A DNA stretch of 30,103 bases from Candidatus Woesearchaeota archaeon (lineage in GTDB: Archaea > Nanobdellota > Nanobdellia > Woesearchaeales > WJKL01). The notes below the pieces were generated by a model, which saw nothing but the letters and a program-made list of their open reading frames with translations, was not told the DNA's origin and did not search any database. The stretch spans positions 1-30,103 of the forward strand of contig JAHWIT010000177.1 in NCBI GenBank assembly GCA_019322455.1, read 5' to 3'. Positions within the stretch are counted from its first letter, which is position 1; each line of letters starts with the position of its first letter. This document shows, one piece after another, positions 18,394-28,114 of the stretch. A program made the position numbers and the translations under genes.

Positions 18394-18415
18394 CCCCTTC
18401 TCATTTGAGAAGGGG
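18394..18415. terminator. GC-rich hairpin (terminator or processing element)
   Basis: CCCCTTCTC-ATTT-GAGAAGGGG perfect stem. Confidence 0.5.
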
Positions 18416-18477
18416 TCTATTTCTATATAGTATATTAACAAAAAATTTTTAAATAGTGCTTTATCCAGAAATTTAAA

Positions 18478-19047
18478 ATGCAAGTTTATACAGCTGCTGA
18501 AGCAAAATTAAAAAGAGCAGAAATAGAATCAAGAATTGCTAGAGGACAGATTTTCATTCATCCAACAGATACTATATATGGTATTGGCTGTAATGCATTA
18601 CAATCCAAAATAGTGCAAAAGATTAGAGAACTTAAACAAAGACCTGAAACTCCATTCTCAATAATGGCGCCTTCTATTGAATGGATTAAAGAAAACTGTG
18701 TAGTCTCAAAAAAAACTGAAAAATATATTAAAGAATTACCAGGACCAGTAACCTTAATTCTAAAAACAAAAAAACAATGTGTTGCTCCAGAAGTATCTCC
18801 AAATAGTGACACAGTAGGTGTCAGAATTCCTGATCATTGGTTTCATGATATAATCCAAGAATTAGAAGTTCCTATTATAACAACCTCTGCAAATTTAGTA
18901 GGAAAAGCATTTATGACTTCTTTAGACAACTTAGATCCAGAAATACAAAAAGGAATTGATTTTATAATATATGAAGGAGAAAAGCAAGGAAGACCTTCTA
19001 AAATCATTAATTTAACAGGTGAAAAACCAACTATAAAAGAACGTTGA
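18478..19047 (+). CDS. tsaC: Threonylcarbamoyl-AMP synthase (YrdC/TsaC-type, Sua5 N-terminal domain only)
   Basis: PTDTIYGIGCNA, LKQRP, PGPVTLIL, GVRIP and TTSAN motifs. Confidence 0.92.
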   Translation: MQVYTAAEAKLKRAEIESRIARGQIFIHPTDTIYGIGCNALQSKIVQKIRELKQRPETPFSIMAPSIEWIKENCVVSKKTEKYIKELPGPVTLILKTKKQCVAPEVSPNSDTVGVRIPDHWFHDIIQELEVPIITTSANLVGKAFMTSLDNLDPEIQKGIDFIIYEGEKQGRPSKIINLTGEKPTIKER

Positions 19048-19122
19048 TTTTTGTCACTTCTTAATAACAAAAACCAAAAGCTTTATAAATAGTTAAAATA
19101 TCTATATTTAAGGTGTTTTACA

Positions 19123-19725
19123 ATGAAAATTCTAGCATCAGGAGACATACATGGAGACATTTCATTAGCTAGAAAACTAGCAGAAAAAGCAGAAAAAGAA
19201 AATGTTGACTTAGTTGTTCTATGTGGAGATTTAACTTACGGAGAAACATCAACACAAGGTATTATAGGCCCTTTCAAAGAAAAAGGCAAACAAGTTGTCC
19301 TTATCCCAGGAAATCATGAAACAATTGCAACAGCTGACTTCCTTGCTCAACAATATGATGCAGTTAATCTGCATGGCTATTCAATAAAAGCAGGAGATAT
19401 TGGCTTATTTGGTGCAGGTGGTGCAAATATAGGACTATTCCAATTATCAGAAGATGAAATCTATGATTTACTTAAGAAAAGCCATGATAAGATCAAAGAC
19501 GCAAAAACAAGAATAATGGTTACTCACGTTCATCCAACAGAAACAAAAATGGAAAAATTCACAAAATTCTTTCCAGGATCAAGTGGAGTTAAAAAAGCAA
19601 TTGATGCTTTTAAACCAGATATTTTACTATGTTCTCATGTCCACGAAGCAGAAGGCATTGAAGAAAAAATAGGAAATACAAAAGTTATTAATGTAGGTAA
19701 AAAAGGCAAGATTATAGAGTTATAA
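19123..19725 (+). CDS. Calcineurin-like metallophosphoesterase
   Basis: GDIHG, CGDL, PGNHE, VTH and SHVHE motifs. Confidence 0.92.
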   Translation: MKILASGDIHGDISLARKLAEKAEKENVDLVVLCGDLTYGETSTQGIIGPFKEKGKQVVLIPGNHETIATADFLAQQYDAVNLHGYSIKAGDIGLFGAGGANIGLFQLSEDEIYDLLKKSHDKIKDAKTRIMVTHVHPTETKMEKFTKFFPGSSGVKKAIDAFKPDILLCSHVHEAEGIEEKIGNTKVINVGKKGKIIEL

Positions 19726-19739
19726 AATAGTGGTTAAAT

Positions 19740-20198
19740 ATGGACTTAGAATTAAAAATAGCAAATTTTACAGAAAACAGCCAAGTAGAAGAAGAAGAGT
19801 TTGGTGTTTGGAAATTTGTGCTTGTTCAGGATAATAGTAAAATATTATTATATACAGGTGCGCAGCCTAAAGAGGATTATGAATATGGGCACAGCAGGGT
19901 TGTTAGTGAAAATGATATTTCTGAAGATATTATTGGTGGAGGAGACATGTGTTTTCATTATGGAACACTTGACGTAAAAGGAATGAGCGGATACTTTGGA
20001 ATTATTCCCAATTCTATAATGGAACAATTTGCAAAATTAATTTTTGAGCAATTTCAAAATAAACATAAACTTAAAAAAATTGAAATTAATATGCATTATA
20101 TTCCAAGAGAATCAGAAGAAGCTGATCCAGAACATATTGAAATGTGGAAAAAATTAGGTTATGAATTTGATAACAGAAAAAGAGTTCTTGAATTCTAA
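19740..20198 (+). CDS. Hypothetical protein, PHPT1/Janus-Ocnus phosphohistidine-phosphatase-like
   Basis: GVWKFVLV...EYGH...IIGGG...VKGMSGYFG, in the same order as the PHPT1 motifs GVFKYVLI...EYH...LGGG...VYGYSMAYG. Confidence 0.5.
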   Translation: MDLELKIANFTENSQVEEEEFGVWKFVLVQDNSKILLYTGAQPKEDYEYGHSRVVSENDISEDIIGGGDMCFHYGTLDVKGMSGYFGIIPNSIMEQFAKLIFEQFQNKHKLKKIEINMHYIPRESEEADPEHIEMWKKLGYEFDNRKRVLEF

Positions 20199-21634
20199 CC
20201 CTTCACAACACCAATTGGCTTTAATCTAACAACTAATTTACCAATTCCAGCTTCATGACTAACTCTAACAACTTCATCTGGATCCTTATATGCTCCAGGA
20301 GCTTCTTCTGCAATACCCTTCCAAGAAGCGCCTTTAACATGAATCCCTTTTGCTTCTAATTCCTTAACTATTTTCTCTCCTCTATAAGTCTTTATTGCTT
20401 GATGTCTAGACATAACCCTTCCTGCACCATGTGCAGTACTTCCAAACGTTGCTTCCATTCCTTCACTAGTTCCAACTAAAACATAAGATGATCCACCCAT
20501 GCTTCCAGGAATAATAATAGGCTGTCCAATATCTCTGTAAACTTCTGGAATCTCTTTTCTTCCAGGACCAAATGCACGAGTAGCTCCTTTTCTATGCATC
20601 CAAACCTTTGTCATCTTTCCATCAATCTCATGCTCCTCAACCTTTGCAATATTATGAGCAACATCATATAATGTTTCTAATTTAGCATCTCCAATTATAT
20701 CTTTAACAGCTAATCTTGTCTGATGACCTAAAACATGCCTATTGCACCATGCAAAATTTGCAGCTGCAGCCATTGCACTAAAATATTTTTTAGCCATATC
20801 ACTTCCAGCAGGAGCATAAATTAATTCTCTATCAGGCAAACCTTTTACAATCTCAGGAAAAGTATGCTCCATTTGTCTTAAATAATCAGAACAAACTTGA
20901 TGACCTAATCCCCTGCTTCCACAATGTATCATAAAAGTTACTTGTCCTTCTTTTAATCCAAAAGCATCAGCAACTTTCTTATCAAATACCTTCTCAATAT
21001 ATTGAATTTCCAAAAAATGATTACCACTTCCTAAAGTTGCAATTTGTTTTCTTCCTCTTTTTTTTGCTAAATCAGAAACATGTTTTGAATCTGCTTGTTT
21101 CATACCTCCATTTTCTTCACTATGCTTTAAATCATCTTCATTTCCATAACCATTCTCAACAGCCCATTTAGCTCCTTTATCCAAAATTTGATTTAATTGA
21201 TCTAATTCCACTCTTATATTGCTTGAACCCAAACCAGCAGGACAATATTCAAATATTTTGTCTAATAATTCCTTTATTTTAGGTTCTACATCCTCCTTAG
21301 CAAGATTACTTTTAAGCAGCCTAACACCACAATTAATATCATAACCTATTCCACCAGGACTTATTCCTCCTTTTTCATAATCCAAAGCAGCAACCCCTCC
21401 TATTGGGAAGCCGTAGCCTTCATGACCATCCGGCATAACTATTGCATATTTGTAAATTCCAGGTAAAAAAGCAATATTTCTTCCTTGCATTAAAGTTCTA
21501 TCTTGCTTCATTTTCTCTAATAATTTTTCAGAAGCAAAAACTCTACAAGGAACCTTCATACTGCCTGTTTTAGGTATTTCCCATAAAACATCCGATATCT
21601 TTTTTATTTCAATTTCTTCATCCATTTTAATCAC
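20195..21634 (-). CDS. rtcB: tRNA-splicing ligase RtcB
   Basis: MPDGHEGYGFPIGG, GYDINCGVR, LGSGNHFLE, HCGSRG, HRKGAT, HGAGR and EEAPGAYK. The start is either GTG 21634 or ATG 21625. Confidence 0.98.
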   Translation of the reverse strand: MIKMDEEIEIKKISDVLWEIPKTGSMKVPCRVFASEKLLEKMKQDRTLMQGRNIAFLPGIYKYAIVMPDGHEGYGFPIGGVAALDYEKGGISPGGIGYDINCGVRLLKSNLAKEDVEPKIKELLDKIFEYCPAGLGSSNIRVELDQLNQILDKGAKWAVENGYGNEDDLKHSEENGGMKQADSKHVSDLAKKRGRKQIATLGSGNHFLEIQYIEKVFDKKVADAFGLKEGQVTFMIHCGSRGLGHQVCSDYLRQMEHTFPEIVKGLPDRELIYAPAGSDMAKKYFSAMAAAANFAWCNRHVLGHQTRLAVKDIIGDAKLETLYDVAHNIAKVEEHEIDGKMTKVWMHRKGATRAFGPGRKEIPEVYRDIGQPIIIPGSMGGSSYVLVGTSEGMEATFGSTAHGAGRVMSRHQAIKTYRGEKIVKELEAKGIHVKGASWKGIAEEAPGAYKDPDEVVRVSHEAGIGKLVVRLKPIGVVKG

Positions 21635-22041
21635 AAATCCAAAACAACCTGCAACATATATTTATCTTTCTCTTTTTTTATCTCCATCTCTTGATAAGTA
21701 ACAGCTTTTATATGTGTTTCTGTTTCATACTTCTCTAATTCAGTATCTCCAACAACAACTGCTTTTAATTTGTTATCTTCTATCTTTATTTCTTTAACAG
21801 AATTTAATAAAAAGTTTTCACTATCAAGCAAAATCAAAAATTGTTCTAAAAAATCATAAAGCAAAGCCTTTTCATCTTCAGATGAAACTTCAATTGTCTT
21901 TTCAATTTTTGGTTCAACCTTGTCTGGATCAGTTATAACCTTTGTCAAAGCTAAAGCTGCATTAACAAAAGCTTCTTCTAATGTTTTTCCATAAGCTCTA
22001 AACTTTACATCAGCTGTATGTGGTAAAAATTCATATTTCAT
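21631..22041 (-). CDS. Archease (RtcB cofactor)
   Basis: YEFLPHTAD, IKAVTY and C-terminal VVLDL; overlaps the rtcB start. Confidence 0.95.
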   Translation of the reverse strand: MKYEFLPHTADVKFRAYGKTLEEAFVNAALALTKVITDPDKVEPKIEKTIEVSSEDEKALLYDFLEQFLILLDSENFLLNSVKEIKIEDNKLKAVVVGDTELEKYETETHIKAVTYQEMEIKKEKDKYMLQVVLDL

Positions 22042-22444
22042 TTAAAACCTTCAAGCCAACAATTGCTTTATAACCTTCTTTTGTTTTTTCTATTTTATAT
22101 TTAGAATAATCTATTGATGTAACAGTATTCTTTAAAACTTCTGGTTTTATAGGCTCTCCCCATATCTTAACTTTAACATGATTTTCATCAACTTCTTCTA
22201 CCTCAAACTTAGAAAAGAATTTTTTTTCAGCAATAATAATAGTAATTAAACCACTTAACCAATTAGATAATGTTGATTCTAAGTTATCTCCTTTCATTAA
22301 AAATTCTTCAGCTTCTTTAGGTTTTACTTTATCAATTTTACATATAAAACTGCTTAAAGCAATTGCAGCATTCTCAAATAATTCCTTCAAATTCTTCCCA
22401 TAAGCCTCAAAAACAGAATCAGATATAAATTTATAATCAACCAT
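22031..22444 (-). CDS. Archease paralog, degenerate
   Basis: FEAYGKNLKELFENAA and IWGEP resemble archease, but HTAD, KAVTY and the terminal D are missing. Confidence 0.8.
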   Translation of the reverse strand: MVDYKFISDSVFEAYGKNLKELFENAAIALSSFICKIDKVKPKEAEEFLMKGDNLESTLSNWLSGLITIIIAEKKFFSKFEVEEVDENHVKVKIWGEPIKPEVLKNTVTSIDYSKYKIEKTKEGYKAIVGLKVLNEI

Positions 22445-22445
22445 T

Positions 22446-22712
22446 TTAATATTCTACAATTTCAGGCATATCCTTTTTTTCTTCTCCATTATCTTCTTTT
22501 TTCTCTTCAGCAATAATTGGATTGTCTCCAAACATATTTGCAAATGCATTTCCACTATTAGGTTCTGAATTATTAGGTTCTAAACCAGGATTAGAATCTT
22601 CAAATATATTTGAATGATGTTCAGAAGAATCCTCAATTAATTTACTAAGCAAAGCAATAACCTTCCTTATGTCAGTAGCAGAATCCTCTTTTGTATCTAT
22701 TGTTATTTTCAT
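22446..22712 (-). CDS. Small acidic hypothetical protein
   Basis: 88 aa, MKITIDTKEDS start; first gene of the archease-rtcB unit, with a TATA-like element near 22735. Confidence 0.7.
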   Translation of the reverse strand: MKITIDTKEDSATDIRKVIALLSKLIEDSSEHHSNIFEDSNPGLEPNNSEPNSGNAFANMFGDNPIIAEEKKEDNGEEKKDMPEIVEY

Positions 22713-22758
22713 ATAATAAACAATTGCTTCCTAATATATAAATTTTTTTCAAAATTCC

Positions 22759-23835
22759 CTAAGATTTAAAGTCAACTTCTACTTCTAATCTATCATAAGT
22801 CGGATATTCTCTAACAATTGCAATTTTCAATTTTTTCTTCTTAAGTTCTTTCTTCAATTCATCAACAATCCAAGCTCCAGTCAATAATCTTTTTCTATCT
22901 TGATCTATTTCAATTAAATTAGAAAAAATATCAAATTCCTTCATCAATTCTTTTCTTATTCTAACTAAATCTTTGCAATAAATTGCACCTCTTATTAACA
23001 AACCTTCTTCATCAACAATATCATAAGGTTTTGCAACATTCTTAGCTCTTCTTTTAATTCTTTCACCAAGCTGCACTCTATCTTTTAATTTAGCAGCGCA
23101 ATAGTGAACATTAAGATTATATCTTTTCTTAACAATATATTTCATCAACTCTAAAGCCATATCTTCAGAACCTTTAACAGCATAAGATATCCTACTCTTT
23201 GTCAAAAATCCAAGCTTAGAAAGTCTACTCATTTTATTATCAGCAATTTCTAATTCATTCAAATTAAGAAAATCAATCTTATTATAAAAATAATCAATTA
23301 ATTTCTTTGTCTCTTTTAATTTATCTGGAATAATAGGAATCTCAACTCCAATATCCCATTCAAATCTCTCTGCTAACAAAATTTTATTCCATAATTTATC
23401 ATTCTCAATATCAGGATGAAATCTTATATCATCTAAGCCAGCTCTATAAAGTTTCCTTAAACTATCTTTATTAACTAAATCAAAAGAAGTATACAAATGA
23501 ATATGAAACCTTTTTCCAAATTTCTTTTTCAAACTTCCAATACTAAAAGTTGTTCTAAACAATTTACACAAAGGATCTCCTCCAGTAAAACCAGCCCCTT
23601 TTGCATCGCACAACTTAGCCTCTTCAATAATCTGATTAATATTTGTAATTGGCCTTTCATTCGCATAAATAACATCTTTTCCATATTTTTTATCAGAAAT
23701 AGGGCAATAATAACATCTTCTCGGACAAATACCAGTCACAAATAAAACAAGCTTCTGACCTTTAACACATTGTTTACAACCTTTTGCTAAATCTCCAATT
23801 TTTCTAGAATAAAATTTAGTTTTTTCTATTTTCAT
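22759..23835 (-). CDS. Radical SAM protein (conserved archaeal, COG2108-like)
   Basis: GCKQCVKGQKLVLFVTGICPRRCYYCP, GFTGGDP, HIHLYT and IRFHP. Confidence 0.9.
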   Translation of the reverse strand: MKIEKTKFYSRKIGDLAKGCKQCVKGQKLVLFVTGICPRRCYYCPISDKKYGKDVIYANERPITNINQIIEEAKLCDAKGAGFTGGDPLCKLFRTTFSIGSLKKKFGKRFHIHLYTSFDLVNKDSLRKLYRAGLDDIRFHPDIENDKLWNKILLAERFEWDIGVEIPIIPDKLKETKKLIDYFYNKIDFLNLNELEIADNKMSRLSKLGFLTKSRISYAVKGSEDMALELMKYIVKKRYNLNVHYCAAKLKDRVQLGERIKRRAKNVAKPYDIVDEEGLLIRGAIYCKDLVRIRKELMKEFDIFSNLIEIDQDRKRLLTGAWIVDELKKELKKKKLKIAIVREYPTYDRLEVEVDFKS

Positions 23836-24629
23836 AAAAATAATCTATTATAATTCATCCAAATATTATTTGCAACCTCTTCAGGTGTAAAATTCTTTAT
23901 CTCAGCTATCTTTTTTATTGTCTCAATTACAAAAGCAGGTTCATTTCTCTCACCAGGAAATGGACTCAAATAAGGAGCATCTGTTTCTGTCAATAATTGA
24001 TTAATATTAACAATATCAGCCATAACTTGAAAATGTTGTAATCTTGTTATAATTGGAGGAACTGACATATACCATCCATTATCATCAGCTCTTTTGATCA
24101 AATGCTTTCTTCCCATAAAACAATGCAAAACAATTTTTTTAATATTGCTGCTTTCCAGCATCTCAACACATTCTAATTCAGCTTTTCTAGTATGAACTAT
24201 AATTGGTTTGTCTATCTTTTCAGCAAGATCAATAACTCTCTGAAAAATCTTTTTCTGTTCATCAATCTTTTCTCTTCCCCAATTAAAATCCATTCCGCAT
24301 TCTCCTATAGCAACACACTTATCTTTATTCTCTTGGATCCATTTAAGTTCTTCATCAACATTTATTGGTTGAATATCTCTTGGAAATCCAGAAGCTTCTC
24401 CTTCTTCTAATTCTTTGGCCAATGCATCTAATGGATACAAGCCAAAAGAAACCTTTACCATATCTGGATATTTTTCAGCAATCTTTAAAACAATTCTATT
24501 TGTAACAGAATTTACACCAGAAGTAATTATCCGTTTAACTCCAGCATTTCTAGCTCTTTCAATAACTTGATCCAAATCTTTCTTAAATCTTCCATGATCC
24601 AAATGTGCATGTATATCAACTAATATCAT
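23832..24629 (-). CDS. tatD: TatD-family nuclease/hydrolase
   Basis: DIHAHLD, AIGECGMD, IVHTR, VLHCF and LTETDAPY. Confidence 0.95.
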   Translation of the reverse strand: MILVDIHAHLDHGRFKKDLDQVIERARNAGVKRIITSGVNSVTNRIVLKIAEKYPDMVKVSFGLYPLDALAKELEEGEASGFPRDIQPINVDEELKWIQENKDKCVAIGECGMDFNWGREKIDEQKKIFQRVIDLAEKIDKPIIVHTRKAELECVEMLESSNIKKIVLHCFMGRKHLIKRADDNGWYMSVPPIITRLQHFQVMADIVNINQLLTETDAPYLSPFPGERNEPAFVIETIKKIAEIKNFTPEEVANNIWMNYNRLFL

Positions 24630-25434
24630 ATTCTTCTTCCCCTAATCCTAATTCTTTTGAATATTTTATCTGCAAATAAGGATCATGGTCATGTAATTTC
24701 TCAAAAACTCCTGATTTTTGTTTATAAACTAAATCAACAGAAGCCTTATCTATAGCAACAATATCTATTCCAAACAAAATACCAATATTATCTGCAACTA
24801 TTGGTCCAGCATCATTTGCGCAATCACAGTTCTTTGCAATATCAATTAAAAAATTAATATAAAATACTTTCTTAAATCCGCTTAAAACAGCTTGTGCACT
24901 TTGTGCCAACAAATCATCTGTTTCTGCCTGCCCTCCATTATGAATATCTTTTTTTGATTCAGGCGTAACTCCTCCCATACCTAAATTCTTAATTGCTCCT
25001 CCAAATCCATAACAACAATGACCCTTTACATGACTAACAACCAACATACTGTCTATGTCTGTTAATTCTTTACAAACATGAACTGTCATATCTTTTGTTT
25101 TTATATCAATTCCCTTATCAGAAATCACAATAGGACATCCTATTTTTTCTTCTGTAAAACCATGCATTTCAGCTGTTTTATAATATTTCTCAACAGTGTC
25201 TCTTTCTCCTCTATACAAAACAATAGAATCAAATAAAAATGGTTTTAATCCAAGTTCCTCAAGAACATTAACAATTCTTTTAATAATTGGAGCTTTAATA
25301 TAATATTGATTCCTTGCTTCTCCCATATGTACTTTTACAGCAATTCTTTCTCCTTTGGAAAAGATATTTTTAATCTGTTCTCTTAGAGTTTCTTCTAATT
25401 TATCCAAATCCTTAATTAGTTTTAATTGTTGCAT
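24616..25434 (-). CDS. DUF362-family Fe-S protein
   Basis: AVKVHMGE, SHVKGH, FGGAIKNLGMG, CDC and DIVAIDKASVDL. Confidence 0.85.
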   Translation of the reverse strand: MQQLKLIKDLDKLEETLREQIKNIFSKGERIAVKVHMGEARNQYYIKAPIIKRIVNVLEELGLKPFLFDSIVLYRGERDTVEKYYKTAEMHGFTEEKIGCPIVISDKGIDIKTKDMTVHVCKELTDIDSMLVVSHVKGHCCYGFGGAIKNLGMGGVTPESKKDIHNGGQAETDDLLAQSAQAVLSGFKKVFYINFLIDIAKNCDCANDAGPIVADNIGILFGIDIVAIDKASVDLVYKQKSGVFEKLHDHDPYLQIKYSKELGLGEEEYDIS

Positions 25435-25453
25435 CTAGAAAAAAAATAATCTC

Positions 25454-25831
25454 CTATTTATTAAGTTTTTCGAATAATTCTTCTTCACTTAATTCCTGAG
25501 CCAATTTTTCCATCGGACATATCTCTGTTTTAGAATCATTTAAAATCTCATCAATAATCTTCTCTGTATCAAATTTAATATCCTTCCCAATAAGATAATC
25601 AAAAGCTGATTTGCTTGCAACTAATGCATAAATTTCTTTTACTCTTGCATAAACAAATAATTTAGCAGCAGCTAATCCAACTATTTTATCAATAACAATA
25701 GAATCAATCATCTTACCTTTATTTTCATTAATACACATAATAATAGGTTTTAATCTATCTTTATCAGATTTAAAAATAATATTTCCATCCTTAATTACAA
25801 TTAATGAGTTATTCCCTAATTTTTCTAACAT
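25454..25831 (-). CDS. DUF1893-family protein (TM1506-like)
   Basis: DKIVGLAAA and CPMEK motifs. Confidence 0.8.
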   Translation of the reverse strand: MLEKLGNNSLIVIKDGNIIFKSDKDRLKPIIMCINENKGKMIDSIVIDKIVGLAAAKLFVYARVKEIYALVASKSAFDYLIGKDIKFDTEKIIDEILNDSKTEICPMEKLAQELSEEELFEKLNK

Positions 25832-25833
25832 TT

Positions 25834-26331
25834 TTAGAAATCAAAAAATAAGCTTTTGATTCTCTTAGCAGTTAATTTAGTCATAAATCCACAAATAATA
25901 TTACTTACTAATAAAGCAATGACTATCATATTAACATATTTCATAATCATTCCTGCTAAATAAATATCAGTTACCCATAACCAAGGAACCTGTATTGCAT
26001 ATGCCAAAAGAACAGAAGGCATGATTCCTATTTTATACTTCATAAACAATCCAACAAATCCTCCTAAAATCATATTACCTATTGCAATATAAGGATTATT
26101 CAAAGCAATTGCTGTATAAAATGAACCAATACCTCCAGAAAGAATTCCTCCAACAGGACCAAAAATAAATGCAGCCAAAAATATTAGATATTGAAAAAAA
26201 TGAATCCTTAAACCAAATAATTGAAAATGAAATAAAGCTAATACATTAGGAAATATTAATAATGAACTTAATAAAAATATCTTCTTAAAATCCCATTCAA
26301 TCTCCATTCCAAAAATATTTTTATATTTCAT
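25834..26331 (-). CDS. ECF transporter S-component-like membrane protein
   Basis: About five hydrophobic segments and an AAFIFGPVGG motif. Confidence 0.7.
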   Translation of the reverse strand: MKYKNIFGMEIEWDFKKIFLLSSLLIFPNVLALFHFQLFGLRIHFFQYLIFLAAFIFGPVGGILSGGIGSFYTAIALNNPYIAIGNMILGGFVGLFMKYKIGIMPSVLLAYAIQVPWLWVTDIYLAGMIMKYVNMIVIALLVSNIICGFMTKLTAKRIKSLFFDF

Positions 26332-26417
26332 ATAATTTAGAAAATCTAAGATATATAAAAATTTATCTTATATTAAAATAATTAAGTTTATATAACATTT
26401 ATACAAAATAAGTAATA

Positions 26418-27122
26418 ATGAAAAAAATAATTTTTATTATACTGCTCATTTTAGTAGCTGCTTGTTCTTATAAAGAAGAAACAATAGAAGTGTCAAAATT
26501 AGAAATTCCATTCTATAGACAATCTTCATCAGGAAATTGTATGCAAACACAAGTAAAAATGGCTTTAAAATATTATTATCCAGAAAAAGACTTTTCTTTT
26601 GAAGAATTAGATAAATTATCAGGAAGAACACCAGGAAAATGGACTTGGACCTCTCAATTATTACCTGTTTTAATAGATAACAACTTAGATGCTTATTACT
26701 ACTCAACTACCCCTTATAATGAAATAAAACAAAGAGGAGAAGAGTTTATTTTAGAATATTACGGGCAAAGAGACGGCCAAGTTATGATAGATCATACAAA
26801 CTTTGAATCATTATATTCATCAATAGATAAATTAAACAATAATAAAAAATTCTTCCAAGAAAAATTAGATTTTTCAGAAATAGAAAACGAATTCAAAAAA
26901 GGCCATATAATAATTCTTATAATTGATAAAAATGTTCTTTTTAACAGGCAAGGCTCATATGCAGGCCATGGAATAACAATAACTTCAATAAATCAAACAC
27001 ATATTTCAATACATGATTCATCAGGAACTCAAAATCTATTAACAACAAAAGAACAATTAATCAAAGCCTGGAATGCACCTGGAACAGACAATGATGCAAT
27101 TATAATCAAAGGCAAAATCTAA
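26418..27122 (+). CDS. Putative lipoprotein, papain-like (C39-like) cysteine peptidase
   Basis: Signal peptide with lipobox LVAAC. FYRQ...GNC, AGH and IHDS give a Q/C/H/D arrangement. Confidence 0.7.
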   Translation: MKKIIFIILLILVAACSYKEETIEVSKLEIPFYRQSSSGNCMQTQVKMALKYYYPEKDFSFEELDKLSGRTPGKWTWTSQLLPVLIDNNLDAYYYSTTPYNEIKQRGEEFILEYYGQRDGQVMIDHTNFESLYSSIDKLNNNKKFFQEKLDFSEIENEFKKGHIIILIIDKNVLFNRQGSYAGHGITITSINQTHISIHDSSGTQNLLTTKEQLIKAWNAPGTDNDAIIIKGKI

Positions 27123-28114
27123 TTCTTAGCAAAAGTAGCAGCAACCAATAAAGGAAATGCAATAGAAGCCTCGCTAAAAACCTTAACCCTTAAAGCATTC
27201 GGTTTTATCTTTGCCCATGTTATTGCTTCTTCTTGATTTCCACCAGAATCAGATGCATCATGCTCTGTAGCTGTATTAATATAAACACTATAATCAAAAC
27301 CCTCTTTAAAGATATTTGCATTTAAAATATAATGCTTAGATATGCCTCCTCCCAATATTATCCCTGCTGTCTTTTTACAATTTAAAATATAATCAATTAA
27401 ATTTACATGATCAGCAACATTATCAATAACAAACTCCGGATGTTTTTTCCTAAAAAAATAAGCAATATCACCTATTGCTCCATCAATAATCCCAGGAGAA
27501 TAAACAGGAATATTATTCCTGTAAGCCCAATAAAGATAAGAATCCTTCTCATTATATTCCTTTTTCTCCCCAATCAATTTCCCCATCATCCAGCATATAT
27601 TTGATGGAGTTATTGGTAACCCCTCTTTTTTCTGTTTTTTAAGCAGCTCTTCAAACACATCTCTAATAAAAAATTCAAAATAAGAATAATGCTCAGTTGT
27701 TGTGTAAATATTCCCAATTCTTCCAACACCTGCGTCAAACAAATGTTCTCCTTTTACATTAAAATCTCCCATCCTAAAAGGCATATGTGATTTTATAGCA
27801 TCTTCTTCAACTCCTCCTCCTGATGTGCATAATACAACCACTTTTTCATTTCTAACCAAATAAGAAATTATTTCCCTCATCCCAGAAGAAATCATATTTG
27901 AAGTAAAAGACAAAAAAATTGGTGTGTTTTCTCTTATCATAGTATTTACAATATTTATAGCACTGCCTAAATTAGCTGCCTGAATTCCTGAAGTAGATAA
28001 AGATTTAACAAACTTGTCCAACTCAAATCCTTTCTCAAAATCATAACCCTTTATTTCAGGCAGTTTGCTCAAATCAACTGGTTTCTTAATGTGATAATGT
28101 AATTTTTTATTCAT
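27119..28114 (-). CDS. dys: Deoxyhypusine synthase
   Basis: GIQAANLG, FTSNMISSGMR, GGVEED, RIGNI, GGGISKH, DASDSGG and EAITWAKI; GGAGG SD. Confidence 0.93.
   Translation of the reverse strand: MNKKLHYHIKKPVDLSKLPEIKGYDFEKGFELDKFVKSLSTSGIQAANLGSAINIVNTMIRENTPIFLSFTSNMISSGMREIISYLVRNEKVVVLCTSGGGVEEDAIKSHMPFRMGDFNVKGEHLFDAGVGRIGNIYTTTEHYSYFEFFIRDVFEELLKKQKKEGLPITPSNICWMMGKLIGEKKEYNEKDSYLYWAYRNNIPVYSPGIIDGAIGDIAYFFRKKHPEFVIDNVADHVNLIDYILNCKKTAGIILGGGISKHYILNANIFKEGFDYSVYINTATEHDASDSGGNQEEAITWAKIKPNALRVKVFSEASIAFPLLVAATFAKN

Noticed and set aside
14138..19070. Short overlapping ORFs within PIN-ATPase, serS, cdc6 and tsaC
   Set aside because: They overlap well-supported genes and have no motifs or ribosome-binding sites.
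26418..27122. C39-like peptidase as the RiPP leader peptidase
   Set aside because: It is 13 kb from the cluster and a predicted stand-alone lipoprotein, with no evidence of linkage.
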